A stretch of DNA of 64,000 nucleotides from an uncultured Planctomycetales bacterium (GTDB taxonomy: Bacteria > Omnitrophota > Gorgyraeia > Zapsychrales > JANLHA01): the NCBI GenBank assembly GCA_964450385.1, contig CAYVEC010000009.1:391-64390 (forward strand), read 5' to 3'. The position numbers and the translations under genes were made by a program. Positions within the stretch are counted from its first letter, which is position 1. Every line of letters begins with the position of its first letter. The notes beneath the pieces were generated by a model. The model had not been told where the DNA came from and searched no databases. It saw only the letters and a program-made list of their open reading frames with translations. This document shows, piece after piece, positions 10,089 to 21,791 of the stretch.

Positions 10089-10413
10089 CCCGGTACCGGA
10101 TCATGTTAAAAACCCGATCGCTGATCCCGTAGATATCACGAAGCTCCGACGGGTCACGAAACCCGCCATGGATCGTCCGATACCGGACCATGCGTTCAGC
10201 AAGCCGGGGACCGATAAAAGGAAGCGTGGCCAGGGTCGCGGCATCGGCGGTATTCAGATCAACTTTCGGAAACATCCACGCGAGGGTCTCATCATCAAGA
10301 CAGGCCCGAGCCTGAGGCGAGACCTTCATCAGCCCCTTGGCAACGGCCGCGCACCATAGGGAAAAGAACAGGAACATGACGACACGCCGCTCCTCACGCG
10401 TCAATAGGATCAT
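10063..10413 (-). CDS. comEA: ComEA-like helix-hairpin-helix DNA-binding competence protein
   Basis: N-terminal TM segment plus the HhH motif (VDLNTADAATLATLPFIGPRLAERMVRYR). Overlaps the comEC start. Confidence 0.7.
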   Translation of the reverse strand: MILLTREERRVVMFLFFSLWCAAVAKGLMKVSPQARACLDDETLAWMFPKVDLNTADAATLATLPFIGPRLAERMVRYRTIHGGFRDPSELRDIYGISDRVFNMIRYRVVVRDETE

Positions 10414-10593
10414 CGCGCCTCCTCTGCTGGGGATCGTTCCGGGGACGAGTCCGCGGCCCTTTCGCTCGTCTCCTCATCAAAAGAGAGACGTCTTCACCGC
10501 GGGCGCACGCAAACAGCCTCAGGGCCGCAGCCTCGGCCTCAAAGGACATTCATGATGAGGGGATTCAGTAAGGGATGATCTTTGCCCGCCGAT

Positions 10594-13065
10594 CTACACT
10601 ACGATCGAGACGAGGCGGTTGGGGACAACAATCCATTTTTGGATCTCGCGGCCGCTGATATAGCTCGCGACCTTGGGATCCGCCAGGATGATCGTTTTCA
10701 GTTCGTCATCCGAGGCCCCGGCCGGGACCTCAAATTTTCCGCGGACCTTTCCATTGACCTGGACCACAACGACCGCCGTGTCCCGGGTCAAGGCGGCCGC
10801 GTCGCAGACAGGCCATGCCGCCTTGGACACAGACTCGCACTCGCCCATCCGATGCCAGAGCTCCTCTCCGAGATGCGGCGCGATCGGCGCGAGCATGATG
10901 AGGAGGGCCTTCATCGCCTCATTAACCAGGGCCTGTTGCTGAGGCCCGGTCACGGTGTAGCGCTCGATATGATTCGTCAAGATCATGAGCTGCGAGATCG
11001 CGGTATTAAACTTTAGCCCGTCGGAAAAATCAGCCGTGACCTTCTGGATCGACGCGTGGACCTCACGATAGAGCGCTCGATCCTTCTCATCAAACCCCTC
11101 CGGGTCCGCGGCCCCGGCCGCAGGCCGATACCGATCCGAGACAAGGTTATACACGCGGCTGAGGAACTTCCAGGCCCCGTCGATCCCCCCCTCGTTCCAC
11201 TCGAGCTGGTCCTCGGGCGGAGCGGCAAAGAGAATAAAAAGCCGCAGGGTGTCCGCGCCGTAACGCTCGATGACCGCGCCGGGATCAACGACATTCCCGC
11301 GCGATTTGGACATCACCTCTCCTTCCTTGAGCACCATGCCCTGGGTCAGGAGACGGTCAAAAGGCTCATCGATCGTGGTCAGGCCGATGTCGCGCAAAAA
11401 TTTCGTAAAAAAGCGTGAATACAACAAATGAAGAATGGCGTGCTCAATCCCGCCGATATACTGGTCGACCGGCATCCAATAGGCGGCCTCCGCCGGATCG
11501 AACGGCCGCGCGGCGTCATGGGCCGAACAATACCGCAGAAAATACCATGATGAATCAAAGAAGGTGGCCATCGTGTCGGTCTCCCGACGGGCCGGTTCGC
11601 CGCAGATCGGACAGACCGTCTGAACGAACGCCGCAGACCGCGCCAGAGGGCTCCCCCCCTGACCCGTGATCTGGACATCCCGGGGAAGTTCAACCGGAAG
11701 CTGGTCTTCAGGGACAGGCACCGTGCCGCAGATATCGCAATAGATCATCGGGATTGGAGTCCCCCAATATCGCTGACGGGAGATCAGCCAGTCGCGGAGC
11801 CGCCAATGGACCGTGACCCGGCCCATGCCTTCGGCCTCCATCCATCGGGCAATCGCCTCTTTCGCCGCCTCATTGTCCGTTCCGTTAAATCGGCCCGAAT
11901 TGACAAGGGTCCCGCGATCAACGTACGCCGCGTCCATATCCCGGGGCGCAAGGCCCGGACGGGACGGATCGTCGATCACGACCCTCATGGCCAACCCATG
12001 CTCGCGCGCAAAAAGAAAATCCCGCTGATCATGCGTCGGCACCGCCATGATCGCGCCGGTCCCGTATTCCATAAGCACATAATCCGCGATCCAGATCGGA
12101 ACGGCCTCGCCGTTCACGGGATTGACCGCATAACACCCGCTAAAGACCCCCTCTTTTTCCTGATCACCCGAGACGCGGACGGACCGGCTCATCTGCCGAG
12201 CCTTTTGAATAAAGGCGCGAACGGTGGGCTCTTCGGGAAGCCCCCGGACCAACCGGTCGATCAAGGGATGCTCAGGGGCAAGGACAACATAGGTCGCGCC
12301 GAAGATCGTATCCGGCCGCGTTGTAAAGACGGGAATCGTCTCTCCCGTCTTTTTTTCCTTAAACAAGATCTCGACCCCATAGCTCTTGCCGATCCAATTC
12401 TCCTGCATCGCGCGCACCCGGCCCGGCCAATTCACGAGCCGGCCCAGGTCTTCAAGGAGCTCGTCGGCATATTCCGTGATCTTGAGATACCACTGCTCAA
12501 GGTCCTTCTGAACGACCTCGTTCTTGCAACGCCAGCATCGGTGATCGATGACCTCTTCATTCGCCAGTGTCGTCTCACAGCTCGGGCACCAATTCACAGG
12601 AGAGGCCTTTTTGTAGGCCAGCCCCCGCTCGGCCATTTTCAGGAAGATCCACTGATTCCACCGATAATATTCGGCATCGCAGGTCGCGATCTCACGGCCC
12701 CAATCATAGGAGAACCCCATCCGGATAAAATCCTGATGCATCTGATCGATACACCGGCGGGTCCATCCTTCCGGGTCCGTTCCATTCTTGATGGCCGCAT
12801 TCTCTGCCGGCTGACCAAAGGCGTCATAACCGATCGGATGAAGGACATTGAACCCCTGCATCCGTTTGAACCGGGCCACGACGTCCGCAATGGTATAATT
12901 CCGCACATGGCCCATATGGATGCGGCCCGACGGATATGGAAACATCTCCAGACAATAATATTTTGGTCGCGATGAATCCGCCTTAACAGAGAACGTCCCC
13001 TGCTCCTGCCAATACCGCTGCCAGGCCTCCTCGATCCGATGAATTTCATGGGTTGTGTACGCCAT
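10594..13065 (-). CDS. leuS: Leucine--tRNA ligase
   Basis: 823 aa with the HMGH motif ([13 protein letters not shown]), KMSKS motif (VMSKSRGN) and CP1 editing domain. Confidence 0.9.
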   Translation of the reverse strand: MAYTTHEIHRIEEAWQRYWQEQGTFSVKADSSRPKYYCLEMFPYPSGRIHMGHVRNYTIADVVARFKRMQGFNVLHPIGYDAFGQPAENAAIKNGTDPEGWTRRCIDQMHQDFIRMGFSYDWGREIATCDAEYYRWNQWIFLKMAERGLAYKKASPVNWCPSCETTLANEEVIDHRCWRCKNEVVQKDLEQWYLKITEYADELLEDLGRLVNWPGRVRAMQENWIGKSYGVEILFKEKKTGETIPVFTTRPDTIFGATYVVLAPEHPLIDRLVRGLPEEPTVRAFIQKARQMSRSVRVSGDQEKEGVFSGCYAVNPVNGEAVPIWIADYVLMEYGTGAIMAVPTHDQRDFLFAREHGLAMRVVIDDPSRPGLAPRDMDAAYVDRGTLVNSGRFNGTDNEAAKEAIARWMEAEGMGRVTVHWRLRDWLISRQRYWGTPIPMIYCDICGTVPVPEDQLPVELPRDVQITGQGGSPLARSAAFVQTVCPICGEPARRETDTMATFFDSSWYFLRYCSAHDAARPFDPAEAAYWMPVDQYIGGIEHAILHLLYSRFFTKFLRDIGLTTIDEPFDRLLTQGMVLKEGEVMSKSRGNVVDPGAVIERYGADTLRLFILFAAPPEDQLEWNEGGIDGAWKFLSRVYNLVSDRYRPAAGAADPEGFDEKDRALYREVHASIQKVTADFSDGLKFNTAISQLMILTNHIERYTVTGPQQQALVNEAMKALLIMLAPIAPHLGEELWHRMGECESVSKAAWPVCDAAALTRDTAVVVVQVNGKVRGKFEVPAGASDDELKTIILADPKVASYISGREIQKWIVVPNRLVSIVV

Positions 13066-13137
13066 CCCCTGCCTCTCACCCTCAACGATAAAATTTCAAC
13101 TGATACCACGACGGCCCCTCACTCTCCGGGCCGCCGA

Positions 13138-13755
13138 TCAAAATAACAAATTCTGTTCCTGAGGAAGCCGGAACCTCGGCTTCTGCACACCGAATTCCCT
13201 AAGCACGTCCACGAACATCCCGAGCCCCTGACCCTCAGCGACCGTGAGCAACCGGCATAGGATCGCGGCCGTCAGTTCCACATCAGCCATCGCCCGATGG
13301 GTGACGCCGACCTTCACCCCGAGCGCCTTGGCCACGTTGTGGAGCCGATAGCTCGCCAATTGCGGCAAAAAATATTTTGCCATCTTAATCGTATCAACGA
13401 CCGGGGTCCCCTCACCGAGCTGACGACCGGCCAGCGAGAGCTCATGGCAGATAAAATCCAAATCAAATTTAGGATTCTGCCCACAGAGACATGCCCCGCC
13501 GATAAAATCAACAAAACGCGGCAAGACCTCTCGTGCCGGCGGCTCAGACATGACCATCTCAGGGGTAATATGGTGCACCTGCTGGGCCGAGGCCGGGATA
13601 TCGCGCAAGGGATTCACGAATGATTCAAAATGGTCCACGATCGTGAGCCCCCGAACGCGGGCCGCCGCGATCTCAATGATCCGGTCTCCTTCCAGAGCGG
13701 AAAGCCCCGTTGTCTCAACGTCTACCACCACAAATTCAACGTCCCGTGCCTTCAC
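13138..13755 (-). CDS. DEDDh 3'-5' exonuclease, DnaQ/PolIII epsilon-like
   Basis: Exo I motif (VVVDVETTGL), Exo II motif (GQNPKFDLDFI) and Exo III H-x4-D motif (THRAMADVELTAAI). Confidence 0.65.
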   Translation of the reverse strand: MKARDVEFVVVDVETTGLSALEGDRIIEIAAARVRGLTIVDHFESFVNPLRDIPASAQQVHHITPEMVMSEPPAREVLPRFVDFIGGACLCGQNPKFDLDFICHELSLAGRQLGEGTPVVDTIKMAKYFLPQLASYRLHNVAKALGVKVGVTHRAMADVELTAAILCRLLTVAEGQGLGMFVDVLREFGVQKPRFRLPQEQNLLF

Positions 13756-13906
13756 GCCCCCGCCTCACCGTATTGATGCCCCCGCTGACAAAAATATGGT
13801 GCATCATACACCCATAATCAGATTTTGTCAAAAACCGAAGAGTTGCTTTTTGCCAGGTTTAGTACTATGATGTGCTATATTTTAATAACCATCAAAACCG
13901 TTCATC

Positions 13907-14107
13907 ATGACGATCCAACTCAACGGAGAACCTGTCTCGTTCGAGACGCGTCTGTCGCTGGCCGACTGCATCGGCCGTCACTGCGCCCGGCCCGAACACG
14001 TGATCGCAGAACTCAACGGGGCCATTATCCCGCGGGACCGATGGGCCGACACGCATCTTAAGGACGGCGACGCGCTTGAGCTCGTGACCCTCGTGGGAGG
14101 CGGTTAA
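13907..14107 (+). CDS. thiS: Sulfur carrier protein ThiS
   Basis: 66 aa ending in GG, immediately upstream of thiG. Confidence 0.75.
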   Translation: MTIQLNGEPVSFETRLSLADCIGRHCARPEHVIAELNGAIIPRDRWADTHLKDGDALELVTLVGGG

Positions 14108-14114
14108 ACCAACA

Positions 14115-14927
14115 ATGACGACGCCTCACGAACAACCGCTCCTTGATGATCCGCTTGAGATCGGAGGCCGGCATTTCACGTCCCGCTTTCTCCTGGGGAC
14201 CGGAAAATTCGAAAGCAAGACCGCCCTGACCGAAAGCATCGCCGCCTCCGGGGCCGAGATCGTGACCGTGGCCCTGCGGCGGATCAATCTCCGCGAACAC
14301 GAAGAGAACATCCTCACCCACATCCCCCGCGACCGAGTCCTCCTTGTGAACACCTCAGGGGCGCGCACGGCCAATGAGGCGGTACGGATCGCGCGGATCG
14401 CCCGCGAGGCCGGTTATGGAAACTGGGTCAAGATCGAGGTCATCAACGACTCAAAATACCTGCTCCCAGACAATGCCGAGACGATCCGGGCCACCGAGAT
14501 ACTTGCCGGCGAAGGATTCGTCGTTCTGCCGTATATGTTCCCGGAACTCGCCGCTGCCCGCGCCCTTGTCGCGGCCGGCGCGGCAACCGTGATGCCGCTC
14601 GCGGCACCGATCGGTTCGAACCAGGGGCTCCAAGCGCGCGCCTTCATCAAAATTCTGATTGATGAGATCCCGGTCCCTGTGATCGTTGACGCGGGGATCG
14701 GGGCCCCGTCACAGGCAGCCGAGGCCATGGAACTCGGAGCGGCCGCGGTCCTCGCAAATACCGCGATCGCGACCGCCAGCAACGCGCCGGAGATGGCCCG
14801 AGCCTTTGCCGAGGCGATCCGGGCCGGACGACGCGCCTTCCGAAGCGGCCTGCCCACATCGCAGGCGACGGCCGAGGCGTCATCACCCCTGACCGGATTT
14901 CTCTATAATACCGGGCCGCGGCCATGA
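14115..14927 (+). CDS. thiG: Thiazole synthase ThiG
   Basis: 270-aa TIM-barrel product with the conserved lysine region ([12 protein letters not shown]) and C-terminal G-rich loops, in a thiS-thiG-thiH operon. Confidence 0.85.
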   Translation: MTTPHEQPLLDDPLEIGGRHFTSRFLLGTGKFESKTALTESIAASGAEIVTVALRRINLREHEENILTHIPRDRVLLVNTSGARTANEAVRIARIAREAGYGNWVKIEVINDSKYLLPDNAETIRATEILAGEGFVVLPYMFPELAAARALVAAGAATVMPLAAPIGSNQGLQARAFIKILIDEIPVPVIVDAGIGAPSQAAEAMELGAAAVLANTAIATASNAPEMARAFAEAIRAGRRAFRSGLPTSQATAEASSPLTGFLYNTGPRP

Positions 14928-15943
14928 CGTATTCGCTTCAACAGATCCAGGACCTTCTGAACGATCCCCGGCCCGCGACCACTGAGGCCCTGGCCCAGGA
15001 GGCCGCGCGCCTGACGCGACAATATTTCGGCCGCACGATCGGGCTCTACGCGCCCATCTACATTTCAAATTACTGCTCAAGCCAATGCGTCTACTGCGGA
15101 TTCCATTCCCATAACCGGATCCACCGCCAAAAGCTTACCCCAGCCGAGATCGACAGCGAGATGAAAAAGATTTCAGAAATGGGCATTGAAAGCATCCTCA
15201 TCCTCACCGGCGAATCCTATGAGATGACCCCCGTTGAGTACCTCGAAGACGCGGTCAGAACCGCCCAGCGGTATTTTCCAAGTATCGCCCTCGAGATCCA
15301 TCCCCTCGATACCGATAACTATCGGCGGCTCTTCCGGGCCGGCGCCGACGGCGTCACCCTGTATCAAGAGACCTACGACCGCCGCCGCTACGCCGAGGTC
15401 CACCTCGCCGGACGCAAACGCGACTACGATTACCGCTATGAGGCGCCCGTGCGCATCGCTGAGGCCGGATTCCGTCAGATCTCGCTCGGCGTGCTCCTCG
15501 GACTTGCTGACATCGCCGAAGACCTCCACGCCCTCTTTCGCTATCTTCGAATGATGGAACAGCGGTTCCCTGCGGTCGAGTACAGCCTCTCCTTCCCCCG
15601 TCTGCGGGAGATCAAAGGCCGCGCCTTCACCCCCTCAACCGTTGACGACACGACCTTCATCCGGATCATCTGCCTGGCGCGCACCGCCTTCCCCAGGATC
15701 GGGATCAACCTCTCGACCCGAGAACCCGCGGCCCTCCGCGACCACGCCCTTGAGCTCGGAGTCACCCGCATCTCCGCCGGATCTAATACCGCGGTCGGCG
15801 GATATGATCTCGCCCCAACCGATGAGCAGGAACCGCAATTCGACGTCATGGACCATCGGTCCCTTCAAGACATCATCGCACTTCTCAAACGCCGTCGCTT
15901 CGACCCGGTCCTGAGCGACTGGCGCTCGATCTCGAATGAATAA
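14924..15943 (+). CDS. thiH: 2-iminoacetate synthase ThiH (radical SAM)
   Basis: CxxxCxxC radical-SAM motif ([11 protein letters not shown]). The rest aligns with ThiH (LTGE...YQETYD...SFPRLR). Start overlaps the thiG stop by 4 nt. Confidence 0.8.
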   Translation: MTYSLQQIQDLLNDPRPATTEALAQEAARLTRQYFGRTIGLYAPIYISNYCSSQCVYCGFHSHNRIHRQKLTPAEIDSEMKKISEMGIESILILTGESYEMTPVEYLEDAVRTAQRYFPSIALEIHPLDTDNYRRLFRAGADGVTLYQETYDRRRYAEVHLAGRKRDYDYRYEAPVRIAEAGFRQISLGVLLGLADIAEDLHALFRYLRMMEQRFPAVEYSLSFPRLREIKGRAFTPSTVDDTTFIRIICLARTAFPRIGINLSTREPAALRDHALELGVTRISAGSNTAVGGYDLAPTDEQEPQFDVMDHRSLQDIIALLKRRRFDPVLSDWRSISNE

Positions 15944-16005
15944 AATTCACCCTTTTTGAATCGGCTTTTTCAGATATAATAAAAACAAAAAACCTAGGAC
16001 TCCCC

Positions 16006-16227
16006 ATGCACGCAAAAAATCTCTCGTCGCTTGAATCGCTGTCCCTGGCCTGCCACCTCACCGGACTCCTGAACACGTTCCTCGGCCTGGTCACAAGTTT
16101 TCTTCTCCTCCTTAGGGGAGACATACGACATGTGCCCTTTGGAATTTATATCTTTATTACAGGGTACGCCATGGTCAAGATCTCCCAGAAGATCTCGGGG
16201 ATCATCATCGCGGAATCATCCCACTAA
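16006..16227 (+). CDS. Hypothetical small membrane protein
   Basis: 73-aa ORF with two hydrophobic segments between thiH and thiF. Evidence is weak. Confidence 0.2.
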   Translation: MHAKNLSSLESLSLACHLTGLLNTFLGLVTSFLLLLRGDIRHVPFGIYIFITGYAMVKISQKISGIIIAESSH

Positions 16228-16253
16228 ACAACCGACATCATCTCGATTCAGCC

Positions 16254-16874
16254 ATGAACACATTCGAACAAGGCCTTCTGACCTATCTAACGGCAGCCCA
16301 GCTCGGGCTTATCCAATCGCACCATATCGGCATCGGCGGGGCCGGCGGACTGGGCTCGAACGTCGCGCTCCTCCTGGCCCGAAGCGGATTCAACCGGTTT
16401 ACGCTCATCGACTCAGATACCGTTGAGGCCTCAAACCTAAACCGCCAAACATACATCATCCAAGATATCGGCCGGGACAAGGTGACCTGCCTCGCCGAAC
16501 AGATGCTCCTCATCAATCCGGATATTCAGTGCACGGCGATCCGCGGCCGCTGGCGTCCGGATCCTGCGCCGGATCCTCTCGCCGGGGTTACGATCGCCGT
16601 CGAGGCGTTTGATGATGCCGCGGGTAAGGCTGGATTCATTGATTTTTACGCACCGCGGGTCCGCCGGGTGGTCTCGGGGAGCGGGCTTGCCGGCAACGAT
16701 CCGGCCGCGCCCCTCACCGTCTCCACATTGGGGAATGTCTCAATCGTCGGCTACGGCAGTCCGCCGGCCTCGCGCGACAACCCGCCCCTCGCCCCGCGCG
16801 TCGCGGGCTGCGCGAGCCGAATGGCTGAAGTTATCCTGGAATTTGCGTTGCTCGGGCCCGCCGCCTCGCCGTGA
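16254..16874 (+). CDS. thiF: ThiF/MoeB-family E1-like adenylyltransferase
   Basis: Rossmann nucleotide motif (IGIGGAGGLGSNVALLLARSG) and operon context after thiSGH. Confidence 0.65.
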   Translation: MNTFEQGLLTYLTAAQLGLIQSHHIGIGGAGGLGSNVALLLARSGFNRFTLIDSDTVEASNLNRQTYIIQDIGRDKVTCLAEQMLLINPDIQCTAIRGRWRPDPAPDPLAGVTIAVEAFDDAAGKAGFIDFYAPRVRRVVSGSGLAGNDPAAPLTVSTLGNVSIVGYGSPPASRDNPPLAPRVAGCASRMAEVILEFALLGPAASP

Positions 16875-17574
16875 ACGCGAGGACCGCAAGATAGACCCAA
16901 GACGATACAATGTAGACGGTCGTGGCGACCATCCACCGCGGATGCTCAAGAAGATAATTCTGTAAATGCGCGACATTAAACGCGGTTCCCAGACCTAGCG
17001 CGAGAAAATACTGAATAACATAAATCCTCACCGGGGCCGCCAGGGCAGAAAGACAGAAATATCGCGGAAGGGAAATGCGACTCAATCCGTACCCAAGGTC
17101 CAAGACCCGGAACGAGACGTAGGGATAAAACTTCATAAAAAAGATCGTGGCCGAACGCGTGCTCGAGACCCGCGCGTCGAGCTCTCGCATCCGCCCCCGC
17201 AGGCGCTGTTCAACAAAGGCGCGTCCCATCTTCCGGCTGAACCCGAACATCGTGAGGAGATTCATCATCTCGCCGATATACACCAAGAGGGCGCTCCATT
17301 CAGCCCCAAAGACAAGGGCCGAGACAACGCGCAGGACATCCTTGGGCCCAATCCACATAAAAAAAGTCCCAACAACATACACGAGAATGAAAATGGAGCT
17401 CGCGAGGACCGGCGAGCGCTCGACCAACAACACCCGCCAATGATTAGGCTCATCAAGCCCGGGAATCGCGCGTCCCCCAATCAAAAAGACGGCCATCAAC
17501 ACAACAAAGGCAATAAACTTCAGCGTTTCTCGAGATCCGCGCATCAAGGGCTCCAAATTCGAATGGCTATTCAC
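16831..17574 (-). CDS. DedA/TVP38-TMEM64 family membrane protein
   Basis: 247 aa, polytopic, with a glycine-rich DedA-type re-entrant signature. Confidence 0.5.
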   Translation of the reverse strand: MNSHSNLEPLMRGSRETLKFIAFVVLMAVFLIGGRAIPGLDEPNHWRVLLVERSPVLASSIFILVYVVGTFFMWIGPKDVLRVVSALVFGAEWSALLVYIGEMMNLLTMFGFSRKMGRAFVEQRLRGRMRELDARVSSTRSATIFFMKFYPYVSFRVLDLGYGLSRISLPRYFCLSALAAPVRIYVIQYFLALGLGTAFNVAHLQNYLLEHPRWMVATTVYIVSSWVYLAVLAFTARRRARATQIPG

Positions 17575-18502
17575 GGTACGGCGCGAACAGGTCCGTACTC
17601 AGATACCGTTCGCCCGTTGAACAGACAAAGGTCACGATCCGCTTTCCCTTAAACTCCGGCCGCCCGGCGACGCGCACAGCCGCGGCCGCATTCGCCCCGG
17701 ATGATATCCCTGCCAGAATCCCCTCCTCACGCATGAGCCTCCGGGCAAACGTCAAGGCATCCTCGGCTGACACAGAAAGGATCTCGTCAAGGATCTCCCG
17801 ATGGCAATTCGCCGGCACAAAACCCGCGCCGATCCCCTGAATCTTGTGCGGGCCCGGTTTGCCGCCGGATAAGACCGGAGAATCCACCGGCTCGACCGCC
17901 ACAACATAAAGACCAGGATTCTTCGCCTTCAAGGCCTCACCGACACCCGTGACCGTTCCCCCGGTCCCGACCCCGGCAACCACGGCATCAACGCGGCCGT
18001 CAAGGTCGTTCCAGATCTCTTGGGCCGTGGTCCGACGGTGAACGTCAGGATTCGCCTCATTCTCGAATTGCTGGAGCATAAAAACGTTCGGGTCCGTGGC
18101 CGCAAGCTCCGCGGCCCGCGCCACCGCGCCCTTCATCCCCTCAGCACCGGGCGTCAGAACGAGCTCGACGCCCAATCCCCGCAGCAAGGCCCGACGCTCA
18201 AGGCTCATTGTCTCCGGCATGAAGATCTTCAATCGATACCCCTTCACCGCCGCGACGATCGCAAGTCCGATGCCGGTATTGCCCGAAGTTGGTTCAACTA
18301 ACAGCGTGCGTCCTGCCTGGATCCGGCCGTCGCGCTCCGCCGCTTCGATCATGCTCAGGGCGATCCGGTCCTTCACCGACCCGCCGGGATTGTGGGACTC
18401 AAGCTTAACAAAGACCTCGGCCACGCACCCCTCAGTCACCTTATTCAACCGCACGAGCGGAGTCCGACCGATGACCTCCAAAATTGATTGTGCCACAACC
18501 AT
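17567..18502 (-). CDS. cysK: Cysteine synthase (O-acetylserine sulfhydrylase)
   Basis: Start reassigned to [19 protein letters not shown] with an AGGAGGA RBS 5 nt upstream. PLP-lysine region and the TSGNTG loop are present. Confidence 0.85.
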   Translation of the reverse strand: MVVAQSILEVIGRTPLVRLNKVTEGCVAEVFVKLESHNPGGSVKDRIALSMIEAAERDGRIQAGRTLLVEPTSGNTGIGLAIVAAVKGYRLKIFMPETMSLERRALLRGLGVELVLTPGAEGMKGAVARAAELAATDPNVFMLQQFENEANPDVHRRTTAQEIWNDLDGRVDAVVAGVGTGGTVTGVGEALKAKNPGLYVVAVEPVDSPVLSGGKPGPHKIQGIGAGFVPANCHREILDEILSVSAEDALTFARRLMREEGILAGISSGANAAAAVRVAGRPEFKGKRIVTFVCSTGERYLSTDLFAPYRE

Positions 18503-18545
18503 CGAATCCTCCTTGGTTCCATACCGCCCCATCTTACGCTCCACT

Positions 18546-20528
18546 CTACATCCGGGCCGCGCGGCGTTCAAGACTCTTTTTTCTCAGATAGACCATCAAG
18601 ATCGAGATCGCGGCCGGCGTCACCCCCGAGATCCGATGGGCCTGGCCGAGCGTCCTCGGGCCAAAGGCCGCGAGCTTCTGCTGGATCTCGATCGACAACC
18701 CCGGGACGCGCGAATAATCGATTTCCGGCGGAAGAACAATATTTTCAATATGCCGAAACCTCTCAATATCCCGCAGTTGACGCTGAATAAATCCCTCATA
18801 CTTGATCTCATATTCAACCTGCTCAATCATACACCGCTCGCTTGAGCCCAGCCCCGCCCCTAAATCCCGAAGAAATTCATAATCCACCTCCGGCCGCTTG
18901 AGGATATCCGCGAGCGAGACAAGCGATGTCAGCCGCCTGCTGTGGCGCGACTCAAGCAGTCGGCTCACCTGCTGGCCCTCCTCAGACGATGGGTAAATCA
19001 TCGTCGAACGGAGACGCGCGATCTCGGTCTGAATCGCGCGGTACTTTGCCTCCACGCGGCCGAGCTCATTTTCAGAAACAAGACCGAAGGCCCGGGCATA
19101 CGGGGCCATCCGGAGATCCGCGTTATCCTCACGAACGATCAAACGATATTCCACCCGTGAGGTGAACATCCGATACGGCTCCTCGGTCCCTTTCGTCGTC
19201 AGGTCATCGATCAGAACTCCGATATACGATTCATCCCGGCCGAGAACAAAAAACGGCTTCCCCTGAACCACGAGGGCCGCGTTGATCCCCGCAACGATCC
19301 CCTGGGCCGCGGCCTCTTCATATCCCGTGGTCCCGTTCACCTGCCCGGCCAAGAACAATCCCTGGATCTGTTTTGTCCCAAGGTCTGCCCGGATCTGCGT
19401 CGGCGGAATCGCCCCGTGCTCGATCGAATAACCCGGCCGGACCATCTCGGCCTGTTCGAGGCCGGGGATCGACCGGACCATCTCAAGCTGAACATCCTCG
19501 GGCAGCCCCGTTGAGATCCCGTTTGGATAATACTCCTCTGTATCCAGGCCCTCGGGCTCCAGGAAAACATGATGGGTGAGCTTATCCGGAAATTTTTTTA
19601 ATTTGTCCTCGATCGACGGGCAATACCGCACACCAGTCGCATGGATCTGGCCCGAATACATCGGAGAAAGATGAAAGTTCGCCCGAATGATCTCGTGGGT
19701 CCGCTCTGACGTCTGGGTAATAAAGCAGGGCCGACGGAGCACCTCATCCGGAAGACGCGCGGTTCGGAACGAAAACGGCACCGGATGGGGGTCAGAGTGC
19801 TGGACCTGCATCCGGGAAAAATCGATCGTGCGCCCGTCAAGCCGCGGCGGAGTCCCGGTCTTAAAATAAACGACCTCGAGTCCGAGCTCGGCAAGGTTGT
19901 CTGTCAGTCTCACCGAGGCCCGTTCCCCAATACGGCCACCCTCGATGATTTTCGGTCCGATATGCATCCGTCCCCGAAGAAATGTCCCGGCAGCCAGGAC
20001 AACCGTCCTCGCCGCGACAGCAGCACCTTCCTCGATCCGGACACCAGAAACACGGCCGTTCTTGACGATGATCTCGTCGACCATGGCCTCGATCACCTGG
20101 AGCCGTTCCTGCCGATCAACGACCCTCTGCATGTATTCCTTATACCGACGGCGATCGGATTGGCACCGCGATGAACGGACCGCCTGACCCTTCGAAGAAT
20201 TAAGCTGGCGAAACTGGAGCCCCGTCGCATCGGCGGCCAGCGCCATCTCGCCGCCTAAGGCATCGATCTCTTTGACGAGCTGCCCCTTCCCGACACCTCC
20301 GATCGCCGGATTACAGCTCATCTCTCCGATCGTTCGACGATCCAGGACGATCATCGCGGTCGCGCACCCCATCCGCGCGGCCGCGAGCGCTGCCTCAATA
20401 CCGGCATGACCCCCGCCGATCACTATGACATCAAACTCGCGCACGGAATCCCACCTCTGCCCCTGCACAGGCGTTCTTTTATTGTTTATTTTTTCGATGA
20501 CGGGAAAGAATGAAGAACGAATTGACAA
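18546..20528 (-). CDS. mnmG: tRNA uridine 5-carboxymethylaminomethyl modification enzyme MnmG (GidA)
   Basis: 660 aa with the FAD motif ([12 protein letters not shown]) and a typical MnmG C-terminal domain. The true start may be a GTG near 20441 (VREFDVIV). Confidence 0.9.
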   Translation of the reverse strand: MSIRSSFFPVIEKINNKRTPVQGQRWDSVREFDVIVIGGGHAGIEAALAAARMGCATAMIVLDRRTIGEMSCNPAIGGVGKGQLVKEIDALGGEMALAADATGLQFRQLNSSKGQAVRSSRCQSDRRRYKEYMQRVVDRQERLQVIEAMVDEIIVKNGRVSGVRIEEGAAVAARTVVLAAGTFLRGRMHIGPKIIEGGRIGERASVRLTDNLAELGLEVVYFKTGTPPRLDGRTIDFSRMQVQHSDPHPVPFSFRTARLPDEVLRRPCFITQTSERTHEIIRANFHLSPMYSGQIHATGVRYCPSIEDKLKKFPDKLTHHVFLEPEGLDTEEYYPNGISTGLPEDVQLEMVRSIPGLEQAEMVRPGYSIEHGAIPPTQIRADLGTKQIQGLFLAGQVNGTTGYEEAAAQGIVAGINAALVVQGKPFFVLGRDESYIGVLIDDLTTKGTEEPYRMFTSRVEYRLIVREDNADLRMAPYARAFGLVSENELGRVEAKYRAIQTEIARLRSTMIYPSSEEGQQVSRLLESRHSRRLTSLVSLADILKRPEVDYEFLRDLGAGLGSSERCMIEQVEYEIKYEGFIQRQLRDIERFRHIENIVLPPEIDYSRVPGLSIEIQQKLAAFGPRTLGQAHRISGVTPAAISILMVYLRKKSLERRAARM

Positions 20529-20676
20529 CCGAAAAGAGAAGGAAAAAAACCGCCAGGAGATTCAGATCCTCATATTCAAAGTTGGTGAATGTCGTTGACA
20601 AGACAAAAACGATCGTTAACATCCACATCAGATACATGATGATCCTGACGAATCTGCCCATCACACATCCCCCCAC
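20479..20676 (-). CDS. Hypothetical small membrane protein
   Basis: 65 aa with two TM helices in an AT-rich stretch upstream of mnmG. Weak call. Confidence 0.2.
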   Translation of the reverse strand: MGGCVMGRFVRIIMYLMWMLTIVFVLSTTFTNFEYEDLNLLAVFFLLFSVVNSFFILSRHRKNKQ

Positions 20677-20717
20677 ACCCTTCCTCAGCCATCGCGCACA
20701 TGCCTACTCTACTGATA

Positions 20718-20738
20718 AAATCCGATTTTGTCAATACG
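20718..20738. promoter_or_regulatory. Near-perfect 10-1-10 inverted repeat TGATAAAATC-C-GATTTTGTCA, candidate operator
   Basis: Read directly from the sequence, with one mismatch between arms. It lies between the LacI-family gene stop and the mnmG promoter region. Confidence 0.3.
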
Positions 20739-20755
20739 GCCCCAGCCGACGGGGC

Positions 20756-21775
20756 TCAGGCCCGTGATGGGTCGATCTGAGCGCAAGAATCACGGATCAC
20801 CAGCTCAGGAACCAGGACCTTTTGGAAGGGTTGTTTCTCTTTGCCGACAACAAGACTGTTTAAAACGCGGACGGCCTCCTCGGCCATCTGAAAGAGCGGC
20901 TGATGAACCGTGGTGAGGGCCACCGACCCGTAGAGGGCCCCGGGATTATCGTCAAACCCCACCACGGAGATGTCCTGAGGGACCCGCAAACCATGCTCCG
21001 TGATGACGGCGATCGCCTCAAGGGCCATATCATCCGAGGCTGCAAAGATCGCCGTCGGCCGCTTTGCGAGCTCAAGGAATTTTTCAGTGGCCAGCCGCGC
21101 GCTCCGCCGGGAATAATCGCCCTCCTGACAAAAATCAGCCGAGCAATCGATCCCGGCCTCAAGGGCCGCGGCGCGAAACCCCTCAAGCCGATGCCGGCCC
21201 GATTGGGTCTGCAGGTTTCCGGTGATCGTCGCAATCCGCCGATGCCCGAGCCCTAAGAGATAATTCGCGACGATGCTTCCTCCCGCCACATTATCGATCC
21301 CGATGTAATTGATCGACGGGTCCTCTTCAACAATATTGTTGATCACCATGCACGGCACGCCCGCGGCCAACGCGGCCTTGATCTGCCGGCGGTTCTCGAT
21401 GATGTCGGCAAAGACAACCCCGCCGACGCTCCGGGTGTTCAGATCATTAAACCCGTTGGTGATATGAAAAACAAGGTCAAGCCGAAGGGTCTCACAGGCA
21501 TGACCGACCCCGCGGATCAATTCAACCGCGTAATACGAATAAAAAATGCCCGGATAGCCGGGCATTACGAATCCGATCGAATTGTTAAGTCCCCGGGCGA
21601 GCCGCTGGGCGCTCGCATCAGGCTCATAGTGCAAGGCTGCGATGGCCTCTTCAACACGGGCCTGATTCTTCGGACTCACCGTCGATACATGATTGATGAC
21701 GCGTGAGACCGTCGTGATCGACACGCCGGCCCGCTTGGCCACATCCTCAATGCTCACCTTGCGCCGTGTGTTCAT
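20756..21775 (-). CDS. LacI-family transcriptional regulator
   Basis: N-terminal HTH (VSIEDVAKRAGVSITTVSRVINH) followed by a periplasmic-binding-protein-like sugar-binding domain. Confidence 0.8.
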   Translation of the reverse strand: MNTRRKVSIEDVAKRAGVSITTVSRVINHVSTVSPKNQARVEEAIAALHYEPDASAQRLARGLNNSIGFVMPGYPGIFYSYYAVELIRGVGHACETLRLDLVFHITNGFNDLNTRSVGGVVFADIIENRRQIKAALAAGVPCMVINNIVEEDPSINYIGIDNVAGGSIVANYLLGLGHRRIATITGNLQTQSGRHRLEGFRAAALEAGIDCSADFCQEGDYSRRSARLATEKFLELAKRPTAIFAASDDMALEAIAVITEHGLRVPQDISVVGFDDNPGALYGSVALTTVHQPLFQMAEEAVRVLNSLVVGKEKQPFQKVLVPELVIRDSCAQIDPSRA

Positions 21776-21791
21776 CCAGGCTCCCTAAAGG

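Noticed and set aside
11806-12975. 389-aa plus-strand ORF
   Set aside because: It lies antisense inside leuS, which has strong conserved class-I synthetase motifs. Long antisense ORFs are expected at this GC content, and the product is low-complexity and R/P-rich.
13756-13906. Possible TPP (THI-box) riboswitch upstream of thiS
   Set aside because: I could not find the conserved CUGAGA, ACCUGAUCUGG or AAUGCCAGCGUAGGGAA-type elements on the coding strand. Only superficially similar GCTGACA and ACCC strings are present.
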